The notes: generated from the sequence alone by a model not told the origin. A DNA stretch of 64,000 bases from an uncultured delta proteobacterium (GCA_963843145.1 CAWJJC010000021.1:96001-160000); one strand, 5' to 3'; counted from the first letter of the stretch, positions 19,490 through 29,075 are shown. Numbers and translations are program-made.

Positions 19490-19948
19490 ATGAACAAATC
19501 GGACGCCTCCAGATTTTCCCTTGTTGGGAAATTCGGCCGGGTGGCAAAACTCTGGGAGCAGTTGGACAAGAAGCCGCGCCAATTCGGGACCGGGGAAGAC
19601 TTCTCCGGCTCTGAAATCCACCTGATTGAGGTAGTTGGACAGAACGAGGGGCTCAGCGTGACTGCCCTGGCCAAACGGTTAGGTATAACCAAGGGTGCGG
19701 TATCTCAAACACTGAAAAGGCTGGCGGCTAAAGAGATCATTGTGAAAGAGACCGATCCGTCCAACACGTCGCGGGTAACCGTGAATCTTTCTACGAAAGG
19801 GAAAGTGGTCTTCTTCGCGCATCTGCACTGGCACGAGACCATGGATGGCGGCTTTCGGGACTATTTCCTGGGCCTGTCTGAGGAGCGGATTCGGTTCCTT
19901 GAGGAGTTTCTGACCATACTGGAGCAATTCTTAAAAAGAAGGAAATAA
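19490..19948 (+). CDS. MarR family transcriptional regulator
   Basis: SEIHLIEVVG...SVTALAKRLGITKGAVSQTLKRL winged HTH. Confidence 0.92.
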   Translation: MNKSDASRFSLVGKFGRVAKLWEQLDKKPRQFGTGEDFSGSEIHLIEVVGQNEGLSVTALAKRLGITKGAVSQTLKRLAAKEIIVKETDPSNTSRVTVNLSTKGKVVFFAHLHWHETMDGGFRDYFLGLSEERIRFLEEFLTILEQFLKRRK

Positions 19949-19964
19949 TTTTTTTTCAGCATAG

Positions 19965-19981
19965 TGTATAGTAAGTAAACA
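19965..19981. promoter_or_regulatory. Putative MarR operator 2 (TGTATA-N5-TAAACA)
   Basis: Reverse complement of the operator 1 half-sites; upstream of the methyltransferase RBS. Confidence 0.6.
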
Positions 19982-19999
19982 CATAGACAGGAGGCACTC

Positions 20000-20566
20000 A
20001 TGAGATGGACAATCAGCGGCCAGGGGGTGGACCGAATGCCCGGTTTGGCTTTCCGGATGATGAAGGTTCTGTTCGATGTCAGGGACAGACTCGTGTCGGT
20101 ATCCTCCCTACTGGAGGAGTTCAATATTAAACCGGGACAGACCGTGGTCGACTATGGCTGCGGTCCGGGATCCTACCTCCAGCGCGCCTCCGAATTGACG
20201 GGACCACAGGGACGGGTATTCGCTCTCGATATCCACGAACTCGCCATCCAGGCAGTGAAGAAACGGGCCGATAAAGAACGGCTGACCAATGTGACCGCGG
20301 TACTAACAGACCGCAATAAATGTTCCTTGGCCGACGAAACGGCCGATGTCCTCTACGCGCTGGACATGTTTCATATGGTGAGCGATCCCAGGGGCCTGCT
20401 GAGGGACTTGAACCGGATATCGAAAAAAAGCGGATTTCTTTTCATAGACAACGGCCATCAAAGCAGAGACGAGGCCCGATCAAAGATTATTGATTCGGGT
20501 GAGTGGGAGCTGGTTGAGGAAAAGAGGCGTTATATGAAATGGCGTCCACTCATAAAGGAAGCGTAG
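20000..20566 (+). CDS. Class I SAM-dependent methyltransferase
   Basis: VVDYGCGPG motif I, ALDIH. Confidence 0.9.
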   Translation: MRWTISGQGVDRMPGLAFRMMKVLFDVRDRLVSVSSLLEEFNIKPGQTVVDYGCGPGSYLQRASELTGPQGRVFALDIHELAIQAVKKRADKERLTNVTAVLTDRNKCSLADETADVLYALDMFHMVSDPRGLLRDLNRISKKSGFLFIDNGHQSRDEARSKIIDSGEWELVEEKRRYMKWRPLIKEA

Positions 20567-20602
20567 CAAAAGGCAGGCATTCAACCAATTAAGGAGGTCC
20601 CC

Positions 20603-20909
20603 ATGTCCGCAAAATTCCGCTCCCAAACTTCCCCGCTCGATGGGGTTCAGAGAACTGGCGTCGGTTTGGCATTCATTCTCTTTCCCCTCATCTTCATCTA
20701 TGCCTTTGCCGCTCATCCTGGCTTGTTCCACCCTCACAGCCATGCCTGATGGTTTTGAAATCATCGGAGTGTCCGCTTCGATACTCTTGGCGGCGGGTCT
20801 GATTCCCATAGGACTCCGCACCTTGGGCGGCCGATATCTTCCGAACTCTCGATGCCGAACCCCCCACGACCTCGTCGCAGCGAATATTCGCACGGCGCCG
20901 ATGGCCTAA
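20603..20909 (+). pseudogene. Internally deleted membrane-protein gene
   Basis: RBS AAGGAGG; MSAK...GLAFILFPLIFIYAFAAHP stops early; hydrophobic C-terminal piece PDGFEIIGVSASILLAAGLIPIG in another frame. Confidence 0.5.
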
Positions 20910-21012
20910 CCCCGGGCCTGGTCCGCGACCAACCCGCCGAAACGGAGGACCGGGACGACTCTTTTTAATTTGGCAATCATTGGTGAACTCCTTGAATTAC
21001 CTGAGGTTAGGG
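20904..21012 (+). other. Weak attC-like hairpin
   Basis: GCCTAAC overlapping the stop codon pairs with CCTGAGGTTAGG; poor internal pairing. Confidence 0.35.
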
Positions 21013-21119
21013 GGTGAGGTTATGGTGATAGGAGTTTGGGGTGAGGTAAGATCTTTCTCTTACTAGTACAAGTATGGGGCCAACGGCCCGGGGGTGTCAA
21101 GAGGAATGATTTTTGGTTG

Positions 21120-21157
21120 TTTGCCCTTTGGGGGGGGGAGCCACCCCAAAGGGCAAA
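21120..21157. terminator. Strong hairpin between convergent genes
   Basis: TTTGCCCTTTGGGG ... CCCCAAAGGGCAAA. Confidence 0.55.
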
Positions 21158-21222
21158 GCGTCTATTTTTTGTCCCCAGGGCCATCTTCAAGCCGATAAGA
21201 ATCCGGGATCGAGCGGAAACCT

Positions 21223-21829
21223 TTAGACAAAACCAATCACCAGGAGAACGACGGAGGCCAAGCTGAGCGAGGCGCGAACCCAATTGGCGATTTGCAGTTT
21301 TCGGCGCTCCTCTTGTAGCGCAGCCACAGCGCTGCTCTCCAGGGCCTCGACTCTGGCATAGATCGGGAGAGTGGTGGACTTGGAGACGATCGAGGTAATC
21401 ACCCAGAGGACCAGCCCCGCCGTGAACCAGCGATTGCTGAAACCATAGAAGATGAAATAGGGCACCATGCCGACAAAGGTAATGCTGGATACTCCGATGG
21501 CATAAGGCGACCTCAAGGCGCGTGTTTTTAACGGGATTGGCGGACTTCCAAAAGTCTGTCAACAGCCCGAATGCGATTAAGCACCGGGCTGGGGTGAGGG
21601 TGGGACCATTTGAATTCACTTCAAATGGCGGGGGAGGGGAAGCCCTCTCCCGCCTCGCAAAAAGGCGTTTTTGGACTTTCTGCGAGGTCATCAGGATTAA
21701 GAAACGTTTGAAGGCGGCCTCGTCCAAATCATTCATCACCCCCTGGATCACCCCGGCGACAAATATCACAAACCCGGCACAGAGGGCGGTAGGGACGAGA
21801 AGCAGGATTTCAACCAAAGTTTGAGTCAT
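21223..21829 (-). pseudogene. DUF1772-like membrane protein interrupted by MITE A
   Basis: Removing 160 bp (element plus one TSD) joins both halves in frame: ...AFKRFLI-PLKTRALRSPYAIG...NWVRASLS (148 aa). Confidence 0.85.
21538..21693. mobile_element. MITE family A, copy 3 (156 bp, TSD GGAT) inside a CDS
   Basis: TGGCGGACTTCCAAAAGTC ... GACTTTCTGCGAGGTCATCA; GGAT(T) on both flanks; interior similar to 11341-11493. Confidence 0.9.
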
Positions 21830-22428
21830 TTCAGAACCTCCGCTGGTTTGAGCGCCTCCTGAAGTGCGGAGCCAATGTCTTGCTCCAAGGTGGAGACCCC
21901 CTTGATAACCCAGGGGCCTCCGTTCTGCCAGTGGGCGGTAAAGTCGGCGGTGATTTGCCCGGTGGCGGGAGAGACGGCGCGAATCTCCAGGACCACATCG
22001 GTTCCACCCTCCACCAGGGCGAGGGAGGAGAAGAGCTTTACGATCGGGCCGAGTTCGCGGACGGTGATAAAAAGAACCTGACCGGGGTCGCTCCCATAGG
22101 TGGCGATGAGCCCCGGGACCTCCGCCGGCGGAAGTTCAACGGATTCCCGATCGCCGACCTGGCGGATGACCCTGACCTTGGCAAAGCACCCGGACATGGC
22201 GAAGAACTGCTCAATCCCGCGCTGGGCAAAGGCCTCGCGGCGCGGGACCTCCTTCTGACCGGGGCGCCACTTTGACCCCCAAAAGACCAGTGCCGAGGCC
22301 TGTTCGCCGGGCAGTTGGCACAGGGGCTGCTGGGAAACCTGGCCAGTCACTTGAAAATGAGTGCTGGCGCAGCCGGAAAGCACTAGCATGGCGAGTGAAC
22401 TTAATGATACGGAAAAGACGATTCGCAT
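21826..22428 (-). CDS. Hypothetical lipoprotein
   Basis: Lipobox LSGC; ATGA overlap with the downstream gene. Confidence 0.75.
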   Translation of the reverse strand: MRIVFSVSLSSLAMLVLSGCASTHFQVTGQVSQQPLCQLPGEQASALVFWGSKWRPGQKEVPRREAFAQRGIEQFFAMSGCFAKVRVIRQVGDRESVELPPAEVPGLIATYGSDPGQVLFITVRELGPIVKLFSSLALVEGGTDVVLEIRAVSPATGQITADFTAHWQNGGPWVIKGVSTLEQDIGSALQEALKPAEVLK

Positions 22429-22449
22429 GAAGGGGACATCAAAAAGATG

Positions 22450-22503
22450 GCATCACGGAGTTGAGCCGGAGCGTATTCGATCGGCTCAAACGACTTATTA
22501 TGT
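22450..22503 (-). other. Degenerate attC-like site
   Basis: Minus strand ACATAAT-AAGTCGTTTGAGCCG...CGGCTCAACTCC-GTGATGC. Confidence 0.55.
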
Positions 22504-22521
22504 GCTTTTCTCAATACGGAT

Positions 22522-22581
22522 ACCGGACTTACTATTCAGCGGGTGCTCTTTTTGCGACTCGCTGTAAGAGATTGGTTCGGT
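22522..22581 (-). other. Degenerate attC-like site after the RsgA-like gene
   Basis: Minus strand ACCGAAC-CAATCTCTTACAGCGAG...CCGCTGAATAGTAA-GTCCGGT. Confidence 0.55.
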
Positions 22582-22590
22582 ACTCGTCTT

Positions 22591-23652
22591 TCAATCCTTC
22601 ATCTGCTCCTTGGCCGATTTGATGAAGCGTCCGAAGGCTCTGTCCTTCTTCCGTTTGTCCAGGTATGACATCTCGTGGTACTCAGACTCCTTCTTGAGCT
22701 TCATAAAGCTGGAATAGCGATCTTCACTCAACTCACCGCTGGTCACTGCAGCCAGCACAGCGCAGTCCGGTTCCTGGGTATGGCCACAATTGGCATAGCG
22801 ACAATTCACGGAAAGCTCGACAACGTCTTCAAAGCCTTGGTTGATCCCATCACTCGCACCGAGAAGGCCGAGTTCCCGCATTCCGGGGGTATCGATCAAC
22901 ATGGAGCCTTGATTAAGAACGATGAGCTGTCGACGCGTAGTGGTATGTATGCCTTCTCCCGTTCCGCTGACGGCTTTGGTGTCAAAAGCGTCCTGCCCGA
23001 TCAGGCGATTGATGAGCGTTGTCTTGCCGACCCCGGATGACCCGAGCAGGCAATACGTTCGTCCCGGGACCAACACCTGCTGGAATTCGTCAAATCCGAG
23101 GCCGGTAATGTTGCTGAGAGCCAGGATTCTGGCTGGGATGCCGGTTCGTCTAATGGCCGCAAGCTTCTGTTCCAGGTCATCCTTGGTGATCAAGTCCGTC
23201 TTGGTAAGAATAACCATCGGCTCAACACCGCCATCGGCTGCCATTACCAAGTACCGATCCATCCTCCGCACATTGAAGTCAAAATGGCACGATTGAACAA
23301 TAAAAGCGATATCTATGTTGGCGGCAATCATCTGGAAATCCACTGTTTCACCGGCGGACTTGCGGCGCAGGAACGTCTTTCTCGGAAACAATCCATGGAT
23401 AATTGCTGCCGTATCATCACTGTGATAGCGTACGGTCACCCAATCGCCGACACAGGGCAGGTCAACCGGGGATTCAACCTGGAAATAGAACTTCCCGGCG
23501 AGTTCAGCGGGGATTTCCCCGAGTTCATTTCTGATGAGGTGTGAGCCCCGATCAACTGCCGATATGCGCGCAATGAAGTGACCCTCTTGCCGTAAGTCGC
23601 TGACCTGCGCTTGAAACCATTGGTCGTAACCTAGATCACGCAATTCCATCAT
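22591..23652 (-). CDS. rsgA: Ribosome small subunit-dependent GTPase A family (accessory type)
   Basis: TKTD, GSSGVGKT, HTTT, DTPG circularly permuted G motifs; CRYANCGHTQEPDC Zn finger. Confidence 0.9.
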   Translation of the reverse strand: MMELRDLGYDQWFQAQVSDLRQEGHFIARISAVDRGSHLIRNELGEIPAELAGKFYFQVESPVDLPCVGDWVTVRYHSDDTAAIIHGLFPRKTFLRRKSAGETVDFQMIAANIDIAFIVQSCHFDFNVRRMDRYLVMAADGGVEPMVILTKTDLITKDDLEQKLAAIRRTGIPARILALSNITGLGFDEFQQVLVPGRTYCLLGSSGVGKTTLINRLIGQDAFDTKAVSGTGEGIHTTTRRQLIVLNQGSMLIDTPGMRELGLLGASDGINQGFEDVVELSVNCRYANCGHTQEPDCAVLAAVTSGELSEDRYSSFMKLKKESEYHEMSYLDKRKKDRAFGRFIKSAKEQMKD

Positions 23653-23757
23653 ATCTTTTTACTACTTTCCGGTTAAATCTTACAGGTTTTTTGTACCTTG
23701 CTGATAAATTAAGATATACAGCTTAAGTCGACAGCCTATCCTGAAACGACGTCTTGA

Positions 23758-25734
23758 TCAACCGTCAGGTCTATTTGCCGCTATTGAATCCCGATACTCC
23801 TGAACGGTCAGCAACCGCCATTTATCCGGTCCCTGCAATTCCAACACCCGGTCATGAAACTCCACGATGCTGGTGCGATGGCCGACACTGATATAGTTAA
23901 TCCCCAGTTGCTGCAACCGGTGGTAAAGATTGGCCTCGTCAGCGACACCCAGGGCGCTGGTGGCCTCATCCAGGACGGCGTACCCGGGCTGATTGATCAG
24001 CAGGCGGGCGAAGGCCAGCCGCTGTTGTTCCCCCAGGGAAAGAACGTCGGCCCAGTCCAGTACGACCTCGAATCCGCCGACGCGCTCAGGCAGGGCTTCC
24101 AGACGTACCATTTCGAGAATCTGCCTCAGCCCGGTTTCCGTGATCTCGTTTTTGATTTGGGGATAGATCAGTTGTTCCCGTAAGGATCCGAGGAGCATGT
24201 AGGGACGTTGGGGCAGAAAGAAGATTTCCGCCAGCGGCGGCCGCTTGACGATCCCCCGGCCCTGGTTCCACAACCCGGCGATAGCTCTGAGCAGCGAGCT
24301 TTTACCTACGCCGCTTTGGCCGACGACCAGCAGATTTATTCTGGTTTTTGGGTCCAGGGTCAGGTTCTGAATCAAAGTTCGCTGCCGGTTGGGCGTCATC
24401 AGGGTCACCTGGCTCAGGGCAAAGTGGTCCGCCGACTCGGAGGTGATGCCAACGGATGGCGCCCGGTCCGGGGCGATAGCCTCGGCAAAGACCGAAAGAC
24501 GCTGCACCCCGGCGGCAAAATTGGTGATGGGTTCAATTTGGGCGACGATGAGTGACAGGGCCGCATAGACTTGGGTGAAGGCAAAATTGGCCTGGACCAT
24601 GTCGCCGTATTCGATCTTACCGCCGAAATACAGAGGGAACAGGACCAGGAAGGGCAAGACCACCGGCAGATAGCTGTAAGCCGTGGTGAAGAAGGAGAGG
24701 TTTCGCTGCCAGCCGATGAGCAGACTGAAATTTTTGAGGACATTTCGGAAGCGACCGGTGATCTGGTCGATTTCCGGTTTCTCGCCCTGATAGAAAGCGA
24801 TGGATTCCGTGTTGTCGCGCACATGGATCAGGGAGTAGCGGAAATCGGCCTCGTAGCGCAATTGATTGAAGTTTAGGGGCACCAGGCGCCGCCCGATAAG
24901 GGCCGTGAGTCCCGTACCCACGGCCGAGTATCCCAGTACGACAATTACCAGCAGTCCGGATTTGGACCAAAGAATGCCTGAAAAGGAGAGCAGGTCCATC
25001 AGGGAGCCGAGCAGGATCAGTAAAAACGAGAGCGAGGTCCGGGTAAAGGAGCGAATGTCTTCCATGATCCGTTGATCGGGGTTGTCAATCAGTCCTTGGG
25101 CTTCGATCTCGTAGTAGTTGCGGTCCTTGAAATAGTTGGCCAGAAAGTCGCCGGTCAGCCACTCCCGCCAGCGCAGGCCCAAATAATTCTGGACGTAACT
25201 GTACAGGGCGACGATGGGAATGCCCAGGAGAAAGCCGCCGAAATAGGTGAACACATACAGATAGGCCAACTCCTGATTTTTTTTCACCAGGGCGTTGGTA
25301 AAGTAATTGCCGATGTAGCTGAAAGCCACGTTGATGCCCGTCACGGACAGGGACAGCAGCAGCACGATGGCCAGCAGGGTCCAGGCCTGCCGCCGGGGGC
25401 GCAGGGGGCCGCCGAACATACCGAAGACGAGGGCCGGAATCACCAGGGCGACAGCGGCCAGCAGCCACGCCTTGGAGCTGAAAATGCCTGTCACCACGGG
25501 CACCAGACCCGCTGCGATTCTGGCGGTCAAGTCCGGTGCGAAATGGTTAACCGTCAGGATAATCCCGGCTACGATCATGAAAAGCAGGCCGAACAGAAAG
25601 ACCAGCAGCATGATCATCAATAACAGGGTTATCCAGGACCCGCCGCGGATACGGGGGAAAAAATAAGGCTGGGCAATGGTAACAAAGCTTGTCCAAAGCG
25701 TGCGTTTGTTTGGAAGGGTGTTATCGGGGATCAT
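23758..25734 (-). CDS. ABC transporter fused permease/ATPase (YddA/ABCD-like)
   Basis: DNPDQRI, EADFRY, GQSGVGKS, LSLGEQQRLAFARL, LDEATSAL. Confidence 0.93.
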   Translation of the reverse strand: MIPDNTLPNKRTLWTSFVTIAQPYFFPRIRGGSWITLLLMIMLLVFLFGLLFMIVAGIILTVNHFAPDLTARIAAGLVPVVTGIFSSKAWLLAAVALVIPALVFGMFGGPLRPRRQAWTLLAIVLLLSLSVTGINVAFSYIGNYFTNALVKKNQELAYLYVFTYFGGFLLGIPIVALYSYVQNYLGLRWREWLTGDFLANYFKDRNYYEIEAQGLIDNPDQRIMEDIRSFTRTSLSFLLILLGSLMDLLSFSGILWSKSGLLVIVVLGYSAVGTGLTALIGRRLVPLNFNQLRYEADFRYSLIHVRDNTESIAFYQGEKPEIDQITGRFRNVLKNFSLLIGWQRNLSFFTTAYSYLPVVLPFLVLFPLYFGGKIEYGDMVQANFAFTQVYAALSLIVAQIEPITNFAAGVQRLSVFAEAIAPDRAPSVGITSESADHFALSQVTLMTPNRQRTLIQNLTLDPKTRINLLVVGQSGVGKSSLLRAIAGLWNQGRGIVKRPPLAEIFFLPQRPYMLLGSLREQLIYPQIKNEITETGLRQILEMVRLEALPERVGGFEVVLDWADVLSLGEQQRLAFARLLINQPGYAVLDEATSALGVADEANLYHRLQQLGINYISVGHRTSIVEFHDRVLELQGPDKWRLLTVQEYRDSIAANRPDG

Positions 25735-25954
25735 GGTTGTAGATTCGGAAGGCCTTAATGATTATTAACAGGCTCAAAATAATATTGACTCAATTTATCG
25801 ATGTAGCCAAGTTTCGACTAAAGACAATCTCTCACAGAGCACACGGAGATCGCAGAGATAAAATTATTAATTGCCGCTAACCCCGCCGGAGGCGTGAGAG
25901 GTTTTTAAAAATCGCCCTCTCAGCGATTTTTTAAAAGAAATATTCTCTTTTCCC

Positions 25955-25984
25955 TTGACCCTTAAATTTTTTGTATTTTATAAT
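25955..25984 (+). promoter_or_regulatory. Sigma70 promoter of DUF488 copy 1
   Basis: TTGACC-18 nt-TATAAT. Confidence 0.55.
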
Positions 25985-26022
25985 CTCTCTACTCAAAAGC
26001 AAAGATCTTAAAGGAGGCAACC

Positions 26023-26412
26023 TTGGCCATTCGTATTATCAGACTGGGTTCACCCCGGGAAAAAGGAGAAGGCCTTCGCCTGGGTACGGTTCGCCGGCCT
26101 CCTCGCGGGGTTCCAAAATCGGAATACGCCCGGAGAGACTTTTATGATGTCTGGCTTCCGAACCTCTCCCCCAGCGAGGACCTGCTCAAAGAAGCAAAAA
26201 AGGCCGAAGATGACCGGTCTTGGGCTGCTTTTAAGCGCAAGTTCCGGAAGGAAGCGAAAAAAACGGAGGCAAGCCGTGTCCTGGATTTGTTGGCCGCCCT
26301 TTCGCACCAGACCAATATGTCCCTTGGCTGCTACTGTGAAAATGAAAACCGCTGCCATCGCTCGGTCCTCAGAGAACTGCTGGAGGAGCGGGGCGCAAAG
26401 CTAAGTGGGTAA
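26023..26412 (+). CDS. DUF488 (YeaO-like) family protein, copy 1
   Basis: VRRPPRGVPK, WLPNLSPS, CYCENENRCHRSVL; RBS AAGGAGG and TTG start. Confidence 0.88.
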   Translation: MAIRIIRLGSPREKGEGLRLGTVRRPPRGVPKSEYARRDFYDVWLPNLSPSEDLLKEAKKAEDDRSWAAFKRKFRKEAKKTEASRVLDLLAALSHQTNMSLGCYCENENRCHRSVLRELLEERGAKLSG

Positions 26413-26542
26413 ACATCCATTACCCGGCTGCGGTTCGGTAGCCTCTGGGGACCGCCTAGTGCGCATGTCCTGAGCTTGTCGAAGGAGACCCGCATGCTAG
26501 GTGGTGTGGGGAGGGGGGGTGAAAAACTCCCCCTTGCCCGAT
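26406..26542 (+). mobile_element. 5'-truncated group IIC intron remnant (IEP tail, domains V-VI), copy 1
   Basis: ACCGCCTAGTGCG[insert]GACCCGCATGCTAGGTGGTGTGGGGAGGGGGG...CCCCTTGCCCGAT; CGC triad of class IIC; preceded by WVNIHYPAAVR*. Confidence 0.85.
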
Positions 26543-27945
26543 TAGGTGTTTTTGAGCATCTTTTGAGCTAATATACCAAATGCCTCCGTCATTGTAGGAT
26601 GTGGATGTATTGTCTGCGCGACATCTTTAAGAGTTAATTTGTTCGCCACAATCAATGCAGCCTCTCCCACCAACGCTGCTGCGTTGCCATTACAAATATT
26701 GACACCTATTATTTCTAAATTCTCTTTATTAACCACATATTGCAGATACCCCAAAGGTGTATCAGCAACTTGAGCGGCTGCATCAATCTTGTAGTCATAA
26801 ACACCTATCATAACATCATAGCCTTCTTGAATGGCCTTAGCTTCTGTAAACCCCGCAGTAGCGATCTCCGGTTCAGAAAACAATACCCACGAGTTCTTGG
26901 AAAAATCCACTTTCTGTTTATTTTCCGTCATAATATTTACAGCAACAAGATGTGCTCCATATGTGGCAACATGAGCAAATTTTGGCCCATCAATTACATC
27001 ACCAGTGGCATAAATACCCTTTGTAGAAGTCTCAAGAAATTCATTAACAATGATACCTTTGCGATTGAATTCTACATTGGCCTTATCCAAATCAAGGGAT
27101 TCAACATTGGGCACTTTACCAGTAACAACAAGTACTTTCGCAAAATTGTCTTTGCGTTCAGTACCATTTGCTTCGGTAAATATTACATTATAATGTCCAT
27201 CTGATTTATTTATTTCCTGGACTCTTGATGATGTGTAAATTTCAACACCGGAGCTTGCGAGCGCATTACCAATTATTGAGATATATTCTGCCTCAACAAT
27301 GCCTGATAAAATACTATCCATTATTTCAACTATTGTACACTTTATACCCAATTTTGCTAGCATTTGAGCTAACTCGACACCGATTGGTCCACCACCAACA
27401 ATGAGTAATGTTTCCGGAAGCTTATCTTGAGAAAAAAGAACTTCGGTGGTAAGAACATCTTGAACAGAATTTCCTTTGAATGGTGGTATAAAGGAGTGAG
27501 CACCAGTGGCAATAATAGCTTTGGTAAAAGCATAGTTCTCTTTTCGTCCAGTATCCTTTTCTTCAATTATTAATTCATTGCTGGAAACAAATTTTGCATG
27601 CCCGGCAACAAACTCAAGAGTTGGCAAATTATTTACCATCTGCATAGCTCCAGCAGATCGTTTTTCAAGAATAAAATTCATTTTATTCTTAATCTGATTC
27701 CATGCTTTTTCTCTATCCTCAGATGACCAGGTTCCCTCTGCCAAATATTTACGTTCCGTTGAAAATTCATCAGACCAATGCCTGATAATTTTTGACGGGA
27801 TGCAACCAACAAATAGACATGCACCTCCAAGTTTTCCTGATTCTTCCACTAACAAAACAGATTTGCCTTGAGAAGCTAACTGCATAGCGGCTGGTGTCCC
27901 GCCAGGTCCTCCTCCAATTACGATAACATCAAATTTAGTATTCAT
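26542..27945 (-). CDS. Pyridine nucleotide-disulfide oxidoreductase (dihydrolipoyl dehydrogenase family), AT-rich
   Basis: GGGPGG, GGACLFVGCIPSK redox disulfide, GGGPIG, HPHPT..E. Confidence 0.92.
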   Translation of the reverse strand: MNTKFDVIVIGGGPGGTPAAMQLASQGKSVLLVEESGKLGGACLFVGCIPSKIIRHWSDEFSTERKYLAEGTWSSEDREKAWNQIKNKMNFILEKRSAGAMQMVNNLPTLEFVAGHAKFVSSNELIIEEKDTGRKENYAFTKAIIATGAHSFIPPFKGNSVQDVLTTEVLFSQDKLPETLLIVGGGPIGVELAQMLAKLGIKCTIVEIMDSILSGIVEAEYISIIGNALASSGVEIYTSSRVQEINKSDGHYNVIFTEANGTERKDNFAKVLVVTGKVPNVESLDLDKANVEFNRKGIIVNEFLETSTKGIYATGDVIDGPKFAHVATYGAHLVAVNIMTENKQKVDFSKNSWVLFSEPEIATAGFTEAKAIQEGYDVMIGVYDYKIDAAAQVADTPLGYLQYVVNKENLEIIGVNICNGNAAALVGEAALIVANKLTLKDVAQTIHPHPTMTEAFGILAQKMLKNT

Positions 27946-28178
27946 AAAATACTCCTTTATAATTTAAAGTGATGTTTCCCACGAAAAGTGGATACAGCTA
28001 ACAAGTTATTCTAAAGTTTTCTGTATCCCTCTCTTCCAAAAGGTACTCTCTGGGAAGAGAGACCCCTGTCCTTTGTCTATTTTGGTTGACTTATGGTTTG
28101 GCCAACACATTCGATATGTTTGTAACCTAGTTTTAAAAGAAAAATATTCTCTTGACAAATAATTTGTTATCTACAACC

Positions 28179-28568
28179 TTGGCCATTAGTATTATCAGAC
28201 TGGGTTCACCCCGGGAAAAAGGAGAAGGCCTTCGCCTGGGTACGGTTCGCCGGCCTCCTCGCGGGGTTCCAAAATCGGAATACGCCGGGATAGACTCTTA
28301 TGATGTCTGGCTTCCGAACCTCTCCCCCAGCGAGGACCTGCTCAAGGAAGCAAAAAAGGCCCAGGATGACCGGTCTTGGGCTGCTTTTAAGCGCAAGTTC
28401 CGGAAGGAAGCGAAAAAACCGGAGGCAAGCCGGGTCCTGGATTTGTTGGCCGCCCTTTCGCACCAGACCAATATGTCCCTTGGCTGCTACTGTGAAAATG
28501 AAAACCGCTGCCATCGCTCGGTCCTCAGAGAACTGCTGGAGGAGCGGGGCGCAAAGCTAAGTGGGTAA
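28179..28568 (+). CDS. DUF488 family protein, copy 2 (RBS lost)
   Basis: About 9 substitutions versus copy 1 by eye; frame intact; no AAGGAGG upstream. Confidence 0.75.
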   Translation: MAISIIRLGSPREKGEGLRLGTVRRPPRGVPKSEYAGIDSYDVWLPNLSPSEDLLKEAKKAQDDRSWAAFKRKFRKEAKKPEASRVLDLLAALSHQTNMSLGCYCENENRCHRSVLRELLEERGAKLSG

Positions 28569-28697
28569 ACATCCATTACCCGGCTGTGGCTCGGTAGCCT
28601 CTGGGAACCGCCTAGTGCGCATGTCCTGAGCTTGTCGAAGGGGACCCGCATGCTAGGTGGTGTGGGGAGGGGGGGTGAAAACGCCCCCTTACCCGAT
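28562..28697 (+). mobile_element. 5'-truncated group IIC intron remnant, copy 2
   Basis: GAACCGCCTAGTGCG[insert]GACCCGCATGCTAGGTGGTGTG...CCCCTTACCCGAT|TAGGC. Confidence 0.87.
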
Positions 28698-28730
28698 TAG
28701 GCCCGACCGTGTCAGATGTCGGGCCTGAGC

Positions 28731-29075
28731 TTACTCTTGCCTCACTATATCGACCGAGATCTCCACCGCCGGAATCGTTCCTCTGTTCTCAAGCCAGTGT
28801 GTGGTGTTCCTATCCTCAGGCCAGCCTACTCCCGGGCCATAGTCCGTAGCGACTCCATTTCGATGGTCAGTGATCGTTCCTTGCAGTATGTAGACGGTGC
28901 CTGGTCTGTCTTTATGGTCGTGAATCGGGCCGAAGACGCCTCCAGGCTCGATGGTCACCATACGCATTCGAAGTTGGCGCCCTGCCAGGCCCTCGATCTC
29001 AGGGCCAAGGTCAACCGTTGCAAGTAACTTCACCGTAACACCTTTCGTCTCAGGTGCTACCTGTTCGTTGCTCAT
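28731..29075 (-). CDS. Cupin domain protein
   Basis: PGGVFGPIHDHKDRPG..YILQG, HWLEN; ATG at 29075. Confidence 0.85.
   Translation of the reverse strand: MSNEQVAPETKGVTVKLLATVDLGPEIEGLAGRQLRMRMVTIEPGGVFGPIHDHKDRPGTVYILQGTITDHRNGVATDYGPGVGWPEDRNTTHWLENRGTIPAVEISVDIVRQE

Larger units (their letters stand above)
26018..26546 (+). repeat. Direct repeat copy 1 (DUF488 gene plus intron 3' end)
   Basis: Near-identical to 28174-28701. Confidence 0.95.
28174..28701 (+). repeat. Direct repeat copy 2 (DUF488 gene plus intron 3' end)
   Basis: Near-identical to 26018-26546. Confidence 0.95.

Noticed and set aside
21020-21829. 269-aa ORF as a real protein
   Set aside because: It reads through the MITE into the wrong frame of the split gene
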